In this document: piece after piece, positions 1 through 14,165 of the stretch
Numbering within the stretch: position 1 is the stretch's first letter
How the letters are laid out: the number at the start of each line of letters is the position of its first letter
Assembly: GCA_951406725.2 (NCBI GenBank)
Contig: OX597825.1
Span: 85,870,001 to 85,934,000 of the forward strand
Origin: Octopus vulgaris
Lineage: Eukaryota
Length of the DNA: 64,000 bases
Direction of reading: 5' to 3'
Program-made: the position numbers and the translations under genes
Notes under the pieces: model-generated
What the model was told of the DNA's origin: nothing
Database searches by the model: none
Seen by the model: the letters and a program-made list of their open reading frames with translations, nothing else

Positions 1-862
1 TCGAATGAGATTAAACATCTTTTTTTTCTAACCAGTAATATTTAACTGTTAAAACTTTTACTCGTTCATTCATTTTCTTGTTTCACTCATTCAACTGCGG
101 CCACGCTGGGGCATATTTAACATTCTAAAAATAGTTGTTTTTTTATCGTTGAAGCTATTTAGTAAAATACAATTGATTTCGCTATGAGACGAATTATTAT
201 TTCATGTACTGAGAGCAAAAATCTCATCGCCTACATTAATGGTCTCCTTCCATTTTGAAAATTGTGTTGTTTAGTCTTTGTGATTCTTAGAAAGCATAAA
301 TAATCAATACTAATTAGCTCCGAGAATTATCCGGTCACTTCACCACCTTCTCTGTTCTTGTGTTTTTTACTGCTCCTGTTTCGTTGGCAGCAGTCAATAA
401 AATCGAGAATATTTACTCTTATCAAATATCATCGAACTTACAACAGAAACTAAAGTACATCCCACATTTCCCAGTTTAAAATGATGTTATTTGCTGTTTT
501 GCTTTACTTAATTGTTCAGTTCAATAAACAGCGAGGCCGACTGACACCTTTTGATAACATTCCCAGCTGATGGATCAAGAAAAATGACCTTCAGATATCG
601 GAGTTTTGCAGTAGTGTGCAAACAACTCTTACAGCCGTTGAATAAGCTGTCTTAGATTAACTGAGACAAGGCTGTAGTAACAAGTGAAGCGGAGGACGTT
701 GGATAACAGCTTATACTCAATTAATTTCTGGTAGAATGAAAGAGTAAAAGTTGAGTGAAAGTTCTTTGTTCATGAGAACATGAAGATAGAAGAAAGCTAT
801 GGATGTCGATTAATAACTGTAAACTCTTATATAGATAGGCCCAACACCACTATATGACTGGT

Positions 863-902
<40 letters not shown>

Positions 903-960
903 GCATGTGTGTGTGCGTGGGTGGGTGTATATATATATATGTATACATATACATACGTAC

Positions 961-1015
<55 letters not shown>

Positions 1016-1264
1016 CATTATATATATGCGTGTGTGCGTGTGAGTATGTGTGTATAAAAACAAAAAAATGGGTGAAAGTGCACAAGACCATAGATAATTA
1101 TTATAATCTTTTAAGACAAATTAACGAGATAAAAACCGGTGTAATATTTCATTTCAATATATTAAATCTTTTTAACTTACAATACATAACCGGTTTCATC
1201 CATGTATGATTGATTTTTCTAATGAATATCTTTATGTGGTCCACAATACATACGGGGGAAGATT

Positions 1265-1380
<116 letters not shown>

Positions 1381-3001
1381 CATACACATATACATACACA
1401 CATACGTACTTAAGTTAGTTAAATATGTTTGTGACATATATTCACTTCTAAAGGCAAATTCACTGAAGTTACAGTTATTTCCCATTTTTTGCTGGATTTC
1501 ATCATTGACCCGCACCACTTTCAATGGTTTGGCCGATAATATCGATCTCTGCACTTACTATTAAGGTTCGTACTTATTTATCGATATCCATCTGTCGAAC
1601 TGTTAAGTCGCAAGACATAAACCTAAAAGTAGGCGGATCGATTTCTTTTACAATCTGCAGAAATCTTAGACCAATGGCGTAACCACGTAATTTTTCACGA
1701 TGGCGTTTAAATTGCAAGGTTTATCTCACACGGGAAATTTACTTTTCATAGAAAGAAAAGAAAAGATGCGCAGCGCAGTTTTGATGTGTATATTGTATGT
1801 ATGTGTGTGTGTATGTGTGTGCACGCATGTGTGCATGACTGTGTATCTGTGTGTATATATATCATTTCATAGAAGCGTATGTGTGAGGCGCCGTATGAAA
1901 GTATGTACATGAGAGAGAAACCGAGTGTGTATGTGCTTGTGGGTGTTTGTGTATATGCGTTGGTATCGGCCTCGAGCACTAAACCGATTTTTACAGTTAC
2001 GAGGATTCCAAGAGTAGCCTCTTGGCAGTGAAGTTTGTCACTGTTCTTCCGGCCACTTCGAGTTACAAATCTAATCAATACCATATTATTTCTCGAACAG
2101 TGATTCCTTGCGTTGATATCGCCATTACAGCAATCGGCTATCCGTGCCTGTTTGAAGAAACCTGCTCTACCAGTTATTAATCCATTGGCGAATAACAACC
2201 ATTGTCTTATAACTTTTTATCTCTCCATACCACAATTACCACCAACCACCAACCACCAACACCACCACCACCAACAACAACAACAACAACACTTGAAAAA
2301 CCAAGTCTGAATTAGATTTTGTTTTATGTGTCTTACTCTGGTTTTAATCGGATTTCAAATCTTTATAACTTTGACAGTGAAGAGGCTTTGGTGAGGAAAG
2401 TAGAATTAATAATAAACAAAAATACAAAAACAAGTAAAAAAAATTGTTTTAAATAAAGACAAAACAAAAGCAAAGAAAAAAAAACATAGTAATCATCGAC
2501 TTGGCACTGGATTTATGTTTAGGTGTGAAATATTTCTGCAAAAGTGGAACCTCCAAAACGTGAAGTGACGAGAGATTCTTTAGAGTGTGAAGTGTATTAC
2601 GATCACTCAGTAATATAAAAACAGAAGGTAAATTCCCCTAAAAAAAAACTCTGTATCACCTTTAAAAAAAGAATGGACACATTGGAAAGTGTCCGATATA
2701 ACAAAGTGCCCGGATGGTGATGATGGGACCACCTTCGATTATAGACCAGGTCAATCAGATTTGAACTTGCATTATACAATATCAATATCAATTAAACATA
2801 AATGAGCCCCTCAACACTAACAAAAGCCTTAAAAAATTCTTTTTTTTTCTTTTATAACTTGTTGGTAAATATTGACAAGTTGACTGGTCCCTTTTAAAGT
2901 GTGTCCCTTTTCAATATTCTTGTTAAATCGGTTACTTTGTAGTATGTGCGTGTGGTGAGGCTTCGCTCCGTATTCTGTCCAGCTTAGACTTTGGGTCCAA
3001 A

Positions 3002-3352
3002 TTGGAAATAGTGCAGGAGAATTCAAGGGCAGGATGGAAGGATTGGACAAAATAGAGGAAGGACTCTAGTTGTTCTCGGGAAAGTGGGGTCGCACCGATA
3101 CATTCATCAATATAACGACCATATCGTTCGGGAGTGGGACCAGTAAATCGTGAGAATATTTGGGTTGCAATGTAGCCAACAAATAGGTTCGCATAGTTGG
3201 GGCCTATTCTCGTAATGCTATTCCCGAGAGGTCTGTTGGTAAAAATCCCCCGCGAACAAGAAGCAGTTGAGGGAGAGAACAAGTTCGGCTAGATGAAGAA
3301 GTGTGGTACTGTCAAGTTGGAGGTTGGGTCGAAGGTCTAGGAGGTGTCTGAG
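3002..3352 (-). mobile_element. Penelope-like element reverse transcriptase relic (frameshifted)
   Basis: Two adjacent minus frames read LLHLAELVLSLNCFLFAGDFYQQ and TRIGPNYANLFVGY...RYIDECIG...FHPALEF. These match PLE RT motifs (GP.YANLF, RYIDD-like catalytic motif with D>E). Confidence 0.85.
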
Positions 3353-3356
3353 TGTG

Positions 3357-3430
<74 letters not shown>

Positions 3431-3486
3431 TGAGTGGACAAACAAAAGGAAAGTGCACTCAACACATTTCGTAGGAGTTACAAGTA

Positions 3487-3614
3487 TTATTTAAAACAAT
3501 TTGATTCGGTTCCGTGTTGCTTCAAGTTTCACAGGCCCCTGAAGGAGCCAGGTTCCCTTTAGGACCCTGCAAAACTTGAAGTAGCACGAAACCGAATCGA
3601 ACTGTCTTAGATAA
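3487..3614. repeat. ~128-bp imperfect palindrome (hairpin)
   Basis: Arm TTATTTAAAACAATTTGATTCGGTTCCGTGTTGCTTCAAGTTTCACAGG pairs with CCTGCAAAACTTGAAGTAGCACGAAACCGAATCGAACTGTCTTAGATAA. The inner segment is also partly self-complementary. Confidence 0.9.
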
Positions 3615-4409
3615 TTAGGGACGGTGTGTGTATGGGGGGTTCACTCCTAGCATGTATATATTTCCTATTTTATAGCCAGCATAAAAGAAAGCCGTTACGA
3701 CACTCAATTCCCAATAGCAGTGCAAATATACATGAATGCAGTTATTAAAAACGTATGTTAGTATTGACTTAACAGTTTGTTTTGTATGCAGATGTCGTCC
3801 CTACTTCAAAATTCCCCTCTGTCGTTACATCATCTCTCTCACTGTATATTTGAGCAGCACTTCTAAAACAACAAAAGACAGTAAAACGATACGAGAATTA
3901 TCCATGATGTTTGTTAATACGCAGTACGAAACTTTCGGTAGAGATCGTTCTAAGAATTGTTGGTTTACCAAGATTTCTGGTAATAGTCTCGATTGCCACT
4001 TCTGTCGCTATTTTAAGGAATTTCTCAAACTGTTTTCTAAAAGTGAAACGCGTTGAAATTCATAGACAAATGCTCATTGATGCAAAAGTAGAAAATATGG
4101 TATTTTGGCTGAAGAACTTTTCTGCAAACTTGTGGAAATTATACCATGAAAAGCAATAAGTTTCTAGAAGAATAAAATATGATTTATTTAATACTTCGGC
4201 CACAAACGTCGGTCTTCATGTATTCTATACATACGTGTGTGCGCATAGATAGATAGAAAGAGAGAGAGAGAGAAAGAAATAGATAGATGCATACATACAT
4301 ACATACATACATACATACATACATACATAGACAGACAGACAGACAGAGAAATAGAAAGATAGATTGACAGAAAAACAGTCAGACATGGATATGGATAGTT
4401 ATGCATGTG

Positions 4410-4503
<94 letters not shown>

Positions 4504-4786
4504 TGTATGTATGTATGCATGTATGTGTGTATGTATGCATGGTTGAATACATGTATGTAAGAATATATACGTGTACATACACATAAGTGTGTGTATGTGT
4601 GATTGGGTGTGTGTGGCTGTACGTAAGTACATACCTGTATACGCATGTATATATATTTGTATATATGTATATGTACTGTCATACATATACAAATATTCAT
4701 ACTTCTGAATATACAAATCAAATACGCTCCATATATATACACATATAGATGCACACACCAACACATATGTATATGTAGCATATGTG

Positions 4787-4853
<67 letters not shown>

Positions 4854-4869
4854 ATATACATGTCTATGA

Positions 4870-5260
4870 ACGTTTTCCATTTTTCAAGTGATTTGTATAT
4901 ACCTCAGCGTTGATATGATGAAGGAATTTTCCAAACATAAAAAGAAAATTGAAAAAACCTAACATCATAGAAAGGGGGAAAATTATGAAAATGGCCAAAG
5001 ATCTGGAAGGTTCTTTAGACAGTATGGAGACTGGTTGAATAAGAAAGAAAACGATCCCTTTGCTTAACACCAAAAGCATATGTGGAATTCTTCTGCATTT
5101 GCGAGCGCCATTGATCGAGTAGCTTACCAATTCTAAGTGAAGTGAAAATGAACGATGTATGCAAAGGAATATTACAATAAGATTGGAGAGAAAGTGTCGT
5201 CTGGTTCAGTGAATTTTAATAGACAGCTTGATGTTGTTAAGTATCGCAGGAGAAATACCA
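4870..5260 (+). mobile_element. Possible decayed pogo/Tigger transposase C-terminal fragment
   Basis: Broken frames give KIMKMAKDLEGSLDSMETG*IRK and SVNFNRQL, resembling the Tigger C-terminal pattern IV.MAK..G.GF.DM...EI.E and RS.KF.R.L. By-eye similarity only. Confidence 0.35.
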
Positions 5261-5446
5261 TCCCTGAAGTAAGTGTTCATCATATTTATCTATTTGTTTT
5301 ATCCAGTCTGTTCCCGCTTTGTAGATGCGTTGCCTAAGACGAAATTATGCTTCAGTGGGTTATATTTCAGCCAAGAATTAGCAGAAATAAACAGACGTCA
5401 AGAACCCATATGTTGATAGAAAGAGAGAAAGAAAGAAAGAAAGATT

Positions 5447-5610
<164 letters not shown>

Positions 5611-5616
5611 TATTGG

Positions 5617-5672
<56 letters not shown>

Positions 5673-6951
5673 GGTGGGCAATGATATATATATATATATA
5701 CACACACATATACAAATATAACGGTACGGTAGATTTTAACAAGGAATTCCACGCGTATGTAAATTTAAGGAGAAGCAAATATATGTTTGGGTCCACCAAC
5801 AATGATAGCTTGAAGAAAATATGTATGTGTTGATGGATGCATAACTCAGAATACACAAATATAATATCACACCGTGCTGCACATACATTCAATAGAAAAA
5901 GTGTATATTGATGTATGTTAACGTGGTTGTTGTGTTATATATTCACACAGAAAATGTAATATATAACCACGGAAAGGGCATGTTCATAGATATATTGTAA
6001 ATATTAGACTTCAACATTGAATGCACTGAATTGATTTCCATATATTTTTGTTCTTCTAACCTTCCGTTGCTACAGCTATCCTTTACAGAAGCCATCTTGA
6101 GTTGAACCATTGCAGTGGATTTGGCGGGAAGAAGACTTAAAACTAAAAGAGAATTCAAGCAAAACAATAGAATATCGTGGAATATTTCTTCCTTGCTTTT
6201 GTTTTCTAGATTCTTCTTTCTCGTTTGTTTCTTTCTCCTTTTAAGAGTATTATCTTTAAATTCCGAATCTTTAGAAAGAAAATCATTAAAGCAGAAACAC
6301 AGTAGTAAAGTGATTATACTGCCTTTTGTGAGATTTAAATCTTGTTACTTGCGATTTATTTATTATATGAAAATTTACTTATTTATTTATTTAAGCGAAA
6401 TAAATTTTAAGTGCGTAGTTTCTAGCTGGAAGCGAACCTAAGCCAACTGGGATCAATGGTGGCAGTGTGCAACACTATTTTACCGCCTCAAAATAGAACG
6501 TGTTTGGTAAAATAGGAGGAAGAATGTAGGTAGGATGAATCCCAGGACACAGTTTCGTTTCACGGTAAAGGTTATTGGAAATTAGCTTGGCTAGAAATTA
6601 CTTTGATTAAAACAGAATCAACGCAATCGTCATTTAACCTCCATTAAGATTTATTGTTGAAACTGGAACAAGCTTTAACCTCCATTGAAATAATATGGTT
6701 AATAAAGGGGAAACATAAGCTTATTTTCACCCAATGAAATGAGTTGCCATTGTGACGATGACAGCAAAGTCATACGAAAGACGTGGAAACAAAATCTGCA
6801 AAAAAACGTTGAAAGATATGCAATAAATGGGGGGAGGACATGCTCCTGTCTAAAGTGCCACATATACGCTTCCCTGTCACTGTTTTGTGCTGTCTGAAAA
6901 TACCTTTGTCATACTGATGCTCCATTTAATTATATGTATATAAAATATATA

Positions 6952-7180
6952 CCGTAAATCCTCGAGTATAATCCGCATTTTTTTCTCAAAATTTAAAGGT
7001 CAAAATCCCTAGTGCGTACTATATACGAGGTTAAAAATGAAAAATATTTTCTAAGCAATGTCCGAGTCTCTATTTGCTGTCCGGCAATGTTTATTCAGAC
7101 GCATTTTGTGATGTCGGGCACGAAAATGCCTTTCCCCTGCGTATTATACTCGAAGGCGGACTATACTCGAGGATTTACGG
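6952..7180. mobile_element. Tc2/pogo-type MITE, 229 bp
   Basis: 25-bp TIRs CCGTAAATCCTCGAGTATA(A/G)TCCGC with 1 mismatch, TA target duplication on both sides (6950-6951, 7181-7182), and subterminal GCG.A.TATA..CGA repeats. Confidence 0.92.
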
Positions 7181-8511
7181 TACTTTAAATGTATATATGT
7201 ATTATGTGTAGATGTAGCTTAGCACAACAAGAAGCTTTACCTGCTCCATATATCGCTTGGTTCATTCGCTTTCAGTAATGAGTTCAAATATTTCATTGAA
7301 TATTGTTTAAAGATTGATGCGCTTTACCAGGATAACATACCCTGGTACATTTTGCAAGGGTACAGTTTTTTAATGGTTACCCGATGTTGTCGTTGAAAAG
7401 ATTTAATACCCTCTAATGCCCTAGTTTCCTGTAGATGGCTTATAAATATCTTCTCTAACCGCATTCTATCTTCTATGCAACTCACATACTCTTAACATTA
7501 GCATAGCTAAAGGTAGTGTTTGAAAATATGCGAGAGAGAGACAGACAAACAGAGAGAGAAACACAGAGGAAGAGAGAGACAGACAGAGGCAGAGAGAGTG
7601 AGAGAGTGAGAGAAAGGGAGAGAGAGAGAAAGAGAGTGAAAGCGAGAGAGATTACTTATTCCAAATACAATTCAATAAAATAAAAAAGACGAACAAAATT
7701 TATAGAATGCAAAAACGAGAGAGATGAGATGTCGTTGCTTAAAACAATCGATTTGGCTATTTTCGTCTCTAATAAAATATTCAGATTTAGTCTGGAACTT
7801 TTATTGTTGAACATGGGAATTATTGCAGGCAATAATTCGGAATTTCCAAGAATTGTCTTAAGAATTAGATAAAATTGGAGGCAGTCTGAGTTGTTAAATA
7901 TTAATTCAGGACAAGAACAAAAAATGTAAGGTGTTTTAGTTTATGTTTGGTGTGTTCTTCTTTTAACTTATGTTGCCTTTTGTGAAGGTGTGAAGTCACA
8001 ATGTAGAAGGGGCGGAACTCGGCAATGTCAATTATTGCGTCTGTCACTTGATCTGATTCTAATAGTTCTCGTCCTCTAAGAGTTTATACGACAAAGTGTG
8101 AGTATTTCACTTGTCCGTATAATATAAAACTGTAAATGTCGGGTGTCGGGTTGTGCAATACAATTAATGTAGAGTTTGGCGTTGTAGATATAGCAGCATG
8201 AGAGAATTCGTACAGTATTTGTCCTGTAAATGTAACAAGATAGAATACAATAAATGTGGGATCTGTTTTTATTTAAAATTACGATATAATACAGTTGTGG
8301 GCATTCTAGTGCTAGATATGTGATGATAAGGTAAGTTCGAAGTTTAGTAGTAAAAACAAAATGGTAGAGTGAGGTGTAAATATTTTTGTTAAGGATATAA
8401 CTCTGTACAGTACAGTCGTTGTTGGGATATTAATTGTGAATATAACATGGTGGAATAGACAAACAATATCAGGCTATCACATCCTCCACGGATCTATCAG
8501 AAATGTCTCAA

Positions 8512-8673
8512 ATAATCTTTTCTACTCTGGGCTCAAGCCCCGAAATTTGTGGGGACAGGGGAAGTCGATTAGATCGACCCCAGTATGCAGCTGGTACTGA
8601 ATTTATCGACTCCGAAAGGATGAAAGGCAAAGTCAACCTTTGCGGAATTTGAACTCAGAACGTAACGGCAGAG
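8512..8673 (-). mobile_element. SINE family B, partial (central domain plus 3' tail)
   Basis: Shares GAGTTCAAATTCCGC..GCCTTTCATCCTTTCGG.GTCGATAAATT.AGTACCAG with the copies at 20313-20703 and 50622-51017. Confidence 0.85.
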
Positions 8674-8697
8674 GTCTGTGTGTATATATATATATAT

Positions 8698-8887
8698 AGT
8701 TAATCCAAACATGAAAACACAATAACGTGAGGACGTGGAACAAGTATAGTGTTATTGGACGCTCAGAAAAGGAAAGAAAGCAGGAGGATTTAACGTTTCG
8801 AGCGGAGCTCTTCGTCAGAAGCAGAAAAAGGAAAGATCCAAAGAAGGGAAGACGGAGGAAAAAAATCGCCAACGATACACACGCGGT

Positions 8888-8890
<3 letters not shown>
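8698..8890 (-). mobile_element. Penelope pseudo-LTR-like fragment carrying a minimal type I hammerhead ribozyme (8789-8820)
   Basis: Minus strand reads UU-CUGACGA-A-GAGC-UCC-GCUC-GAAAC-GUU-AA: canonical core, perfect stem II, palindromic minimal stem III. Flanked by (TA)n and (CA)n. Confidence 0.75.
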
Positions 8891-8924
<34 letters not shown>

Positions 8925-8945
8925 GCACACACACATATATACATG

Positions 8946-8996
<51 letters not shown>

Positions 8997-9204
8997 CGGC
9001 AGCCAAGACATTTCATCCAACACATCCGTTCATTTAGATCATAATTAACTTTGCTGTTGCAGTTGTTATATCGTGTCAAGCATTTCAGGTGAGATGTTTA
9101 ATTCTTTATTTTAATAAATGTTTCAAAATCTAATACCAAAGATCAAATCTCAAAGCCTTCTCAGCCATTTTGGAATTTAAAAAACACTAATTAAAAAAGC
9201 TTTG

Positions 9205-9420
9205 GGATGTTGTTTAGCTGCAGCTCATCCTTGATTGACCAAACCTGTATCCTTAGGGCTTCTAACCTGAACCATCACATTCTTATTTCGGTCATTGTGT
9301 ATCTAGGTTTACATGAACCGATGTGTTTCTGCATTTTGAAGTCGGTAAGGTGTAATTATGAGGGCGACTTAGCTGCTATTTCTAACAATTCGAATGACCA
9401 CCAAGAAATCTTCTTCAGTC
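9205..9420 (-). repeat. Old interspersed repeat family D ((CAA)n-tailed)
   Basis: Shares AGAAATAGCAGC(C/T)AA and a ...GCTAAACAACA end with the copies at 58695-58895, 59395-59605, 49460-49710 and 52890-53085. Confidence 0.65.
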
Positions 9421-9919
9421 ATTAAATATCCTAATTATATGTTAATTAGTCTCGAATGCATTTTCATCCTTAGAAGAGAAATTGTCTTTTTAGAATGCGA
9501 TAATTCCACAGAAGAAATAGAATTTATTTCCTAAAATTTATGTCTTTCAATAAAAACAGGAATGATTTCTTAGAAGATGGTGCCTCATATTTCAGACCCA
9601 CCAAAGACCAAAGAGCTGAATTTCTTTGGAAACTGTCAGAAAATGACGAACGAGAATTATTATAAATGCAAGGTGAGGTATAGGAACTTTAATTAACAAA
9701 AGTGATCAAACATTGCCGTGAAATTAAGAAGCTTGTTGCACAGGTTCCAGGTTCAACTCCAGTGAGTTCCTGCACACTGAACAAACGTCACCTCCGGTTT
9801 GTAAGTTTTTCCCTGCAATTCTCATATTTTCCTCATCGTTCGCTTATGGTGTGTAATGGAGTTGTACCAAAGGTTGGAACTTTTAAGGGACGAAGTATTT
9901 TTGTTAATATTTTTCGCAT

Positions 9920-10062
9920 ACCAATAGAATAACAAGAATATACCAATAGAAGTAAGCTTAACAATATTATTAGGGGTCGATTCATTCAACTAAAGGTTCT
10001 TCAAGAAGCACCTCAGCATAGCCACAGTCTAATGATTGAAACAAGTAAGAGAAAAAGTTAAA

Positions 10063-10064
<2 letters not shown>
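9920..10064 (+). mobile_element. SINE family A, 3' part
   Basis: GGGGTCGATTCATTCAACTAAA...TGATTGAAACAAGTAAGAG matches the 3' end of the full copy at 58956-59369. Confidence 0.7.
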
Positions 10065-10142
<78 letters not shown>

Positions 10143-10436
10143 CTAGATATCTGTGTGTATATATAAATGTATGTATATATGTATGTATGTATGTATGCAT
10201 GTATGTATACACATAGACACGTGTTTTAAAACGTGGCTGTCAATGGTTGATGACACTCAAGGAAGGAGAAATACCTTTTTTAACCAATCCACCACTGCTA
10301 AACACTTTTCGTCTGCTACTGATATATCTTTGTGCTTTTTAACATCGCACGTCTATAGGAGACGCTTTCTCGAGGCGAATGTTGAAGTTTTGAGGTTTAC
10401 CATAGATTATCTGCATTAAATATGACATACAGAAAA

Positions 10437-10515
<79 letters not shown>

Positions 10516-10999
10516 TACACACACACAAACACTCAGACACATCCACACATACATACATATATATACATGCATACATATACATATATATATGGCACCTATA
10601 TTTAATACGTATGTATACGTTTATTTATATATTTACATATTATCTACATATATATATGTATGTGTGTATGTATGTGTGTATGTATGTGTGTGTTTATGAT
10701 AAGAGTGCAGTGATCATCGATAACAACAGATACACGAGCAATCACGATTGCGAGAAACAATAAATTAAGTAATAGCAGGAAATACTACGACAGCGACTAC
10801 TACCACCACCACCACTGCTGCTACTACTACTACATCTACTACTTTGTTGCAGGGCCTGAACTGTGGCCATATCTTGACATTCTATCAGTATTTCTATTGT
10901 GTATCTGGAAGAGAGAAACGGAGAATGGGTGAAAAACAAAGAGTATATATCTATAAGTATATATAAATATATATGTAGTGGTGGTGGTGGTGGGGTTGG

Positions 11000-11443
11000 A
11001 TGTATGTTTATGTATATATGAATACATATATATATATACATATATACAAACATATATATGTATAGATATATATACATATATATATATAAGTATGTATATA
11101 TGTATTTATGTATGTATATATATATGTATATATATACAAATACATACATATAGGTACATATACATATATATATATGCATGTATGTATATATATATATATA
11201 CATATATATATATGTATATATGTATATATATATATGTGTATATATATATATATACATATATATGTGTTTGTGTATATATATATATGTATATATATATATA
11301 CATACATACATATATATGTATATATATGTATATGTATATATGTACATATATATATGTGTATATATATATATATACACAAATTATATACATATATATATAT
11401 ATGTATATATGTAAAATATATATATATATATATACATACACAC

Positions 11444-11511
<68 letters not shown>

Positions 11512-11515
11512 ATAC
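11000..11515. repeat. Long degenerate (TA)n/(TG)/(CA) compound microsatellite
   Basis: Direct observation. Comparable tracts occur at 12390-13370, 15190-15620, 27190-27960, 28190-29090 and 47145-47430. Confidence 0.95.
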
Positions 11516-11615
11516 ACGCACAGAAAGGAAGAAAGAATGAGTAAGAAAGAGAGAGAGCCGTGAAAGAGGAACAGAGACAGAAGATGGATTTCGACGATTC
11601 TTTTGGCTGCTATGG

Positions 11616-11658
<43 letters not shown>

Positions 11659-13006
11659 CCCTCTCTATCTCTCTTTCTTTCTTTCTGTTTCTCTCTCTTT
11701 TTCTTTCTCTCTCTCTCTGTTCCTCTCTCTCTCTCTCTCTGTTACTAACCTTCTTTATCTTTCTTTACATCTCTTTGTGATGTACCTGTTCTTGTTATCT
11801 TCGTCGTCGTTGTCAAAGTAGTAGTAGTAGTAGTTGTTGTTGTTGTTGTTGTTGTTGTTTTTGATGATGATGACAGTGTTATTGCTGCATGTTGTTGTAG
11901 TTGCGATAATGCAAACGATTGTCATATCACAACCGCAGCAACAATGAATAAACCGCCCGCGAACCCCCGCCACCACCACCACCACCCCAAAAAAACCAAC
12001 AGCAACACCACTACCACCAACCACAACCACCACCACCCTCACAACAACTACCAACATAACTACCACCACCACTACAACTGCAACAACAACAACAACAACA
12101 ACACCAAAAACATCAAAAACATCAAAATTGCAAACAATAAAATACGATAGATAAAAAAAAACAAAATCCAAGGCGCCCCCACCACGACCGCCACCCCGAC
12201 CGCCACATCAAACGACTGTAAGCAACATGTGTATCGATTTTTAGATACTTTGCACATTAACTGCATAATTTAATGCAATTTTCATTGGCAGATGCATTTT
12301 AATGCACATTTTCGTTTGCATAATGGGTTAAGCTTTAGTTGTTATATGCATCACCACAGCGAACCCTGTATGGCAACTTGGATATCTGTGCGTGTGTATA
12401 TAAACATGTATATACGTGTGTATACATACATACATATATATATATATACATATACGCTCGCACCTGTAGCTGTTTCAGTGTATGGACGTACGTATGTATG
12501 TATATGTGTGTGTATGAGTTTGCATATATGTATATACATATACACATAAAAGTCCATATATATATATATATGTATATATACAAACCACAGATATTCCGTC
12601 GTCGGAGACTGTTAGTTTATATACATTATTCTGCATATTTTTTATACAATAATTGACTCATATAAACACACACACATATGTGTATACATATATATAAATA
12701 TGCATATGGATATATGCATATATACTTATATGTATATATATGTATATATATTTTTTTTTATTTATATATAGGTGAATATATGTACATATATATGTATGAA
12801 GGTATGTATGCATATATATATATATATATATATACGCCCACACATGCAGACATTGACACACGCACACACGCACATTCATACACACATATACATAGTTTAA
12901 AACATATACTAACATTCATAAAAACGCCTATTACATGTGTGTGTGTGTATCTGTATCCACTATATTTATGTGTGTGTGTGTGTGCATGCATATATATATG
13001 CATATG

Positions 13007-13053
<47 letters not shown>

Positions 13054-13481
13054 TATATTATACATGTATAATTATGCATGTATGCAGATATAAATATATA
13101 TAATCATACACACATACACGAACATATATATTCACGTTCATGCACATGTATATACACACGACTATAAATATGTATATACGTTTATATGTATAAGTATGTA
13201 TAAGTATATATTTATATATGTATGTATCTATCTACGTACCAATCTATATATGTATGTATGTTTGTATGTACGTGTGTGTGTGTATTTGTGTATGTATCTA
13301 TGTATGTATGTATATATGTGTATATATATGTGTGTGTATGCATGAGTGTGTGTATGTATATACGTGTGTATGTCAGTGCTCTCTCCTGTATGAATACAAA
13401 CCAAGCAACGCCATCCAAAGATATAGAAATGGATGTAAATAAAAGAATCCATTGAAACCATCGTGTGTATGTGTCTGTGTG

Positions 13482-13512
<31 letters not shown>

Positions 13513-13570
13513 CCGTGTGTGTGTGTGTCCGTGTGTGTGTGTGTCCGTGTGTGTGTGTGTGTGTGTGTAT

Positions 13571-13740
13571 GAGTGACTGTTTTTCCCCACCACCGCTTGA
13601 GAACCTGTATTGGTGTGTTTACTTCCTTGTGACAAAAGAGACCGATTGAAAAACTACTTGGGTCGATTCATTCGACTAAAATTTTTCAAGGCGGTGCCCC
13701 AGCATGGCCGCACTCTAATGACTGAAACAAGTAAAAGAAA
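13571..13740 (+). mobile_element. SINE family A, 3' half
   Basis: CCACCACCGCTTGAGAACC...GGCGGTGCCCCAGCATGGCCGCA..ATGACTGAAACAAGTAAAAGA, lying downstream of a (TG)n tract. Confidence 0.8.
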
Positions 13741-13885
13741 AATAATGATACATTGAATGTACGTTCATGTAATGCTTTACTTCCGTGGCCAATTGCATAA
13801 ATTATGTTAATTAATCTATAGGTAACAGTTTTATGTAAATTACGGGTGGGGGAGCGTTAAGCAGTGATAAGTGAAATCGCAATGC

Positions 13886-14165
13886 CATTTCGTTTTTGGA
13901 TTCGGTTTGCAAGATTCTTTATGTGAGTTTGTGTGTTGAGGTATATTCTGTTGTGTCTGGGGAGAGTCATTTTCTTTTTGTGCTTTATAATGTAACACAC
14001 TCACCGGTTAAATTTCTACTTATTTCTCATTTTTATTTTCCTAAAATTTTCGTTGAGTCTTGCAACCTTTCCAATAGTCTCGAAGTGGAAATTTTACCGA
14101 TGAGTGTGTTAAATTGTAAGGCACAAAAAGAAAATGACTCACCCCAGACACAACAGAATATGCAA
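13886..14165. mobile_element. Foldback/MITE-like family F (internally deleted copy)
   Basis: Arm TATTCTGTTGTGTCTGGGGAGAGTCATTTTCTTTTTGTGC...AACACACTCACCGG is inverted at ~14085-14162. Same sequence family as 30907-31487. Confidence 0.8.
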
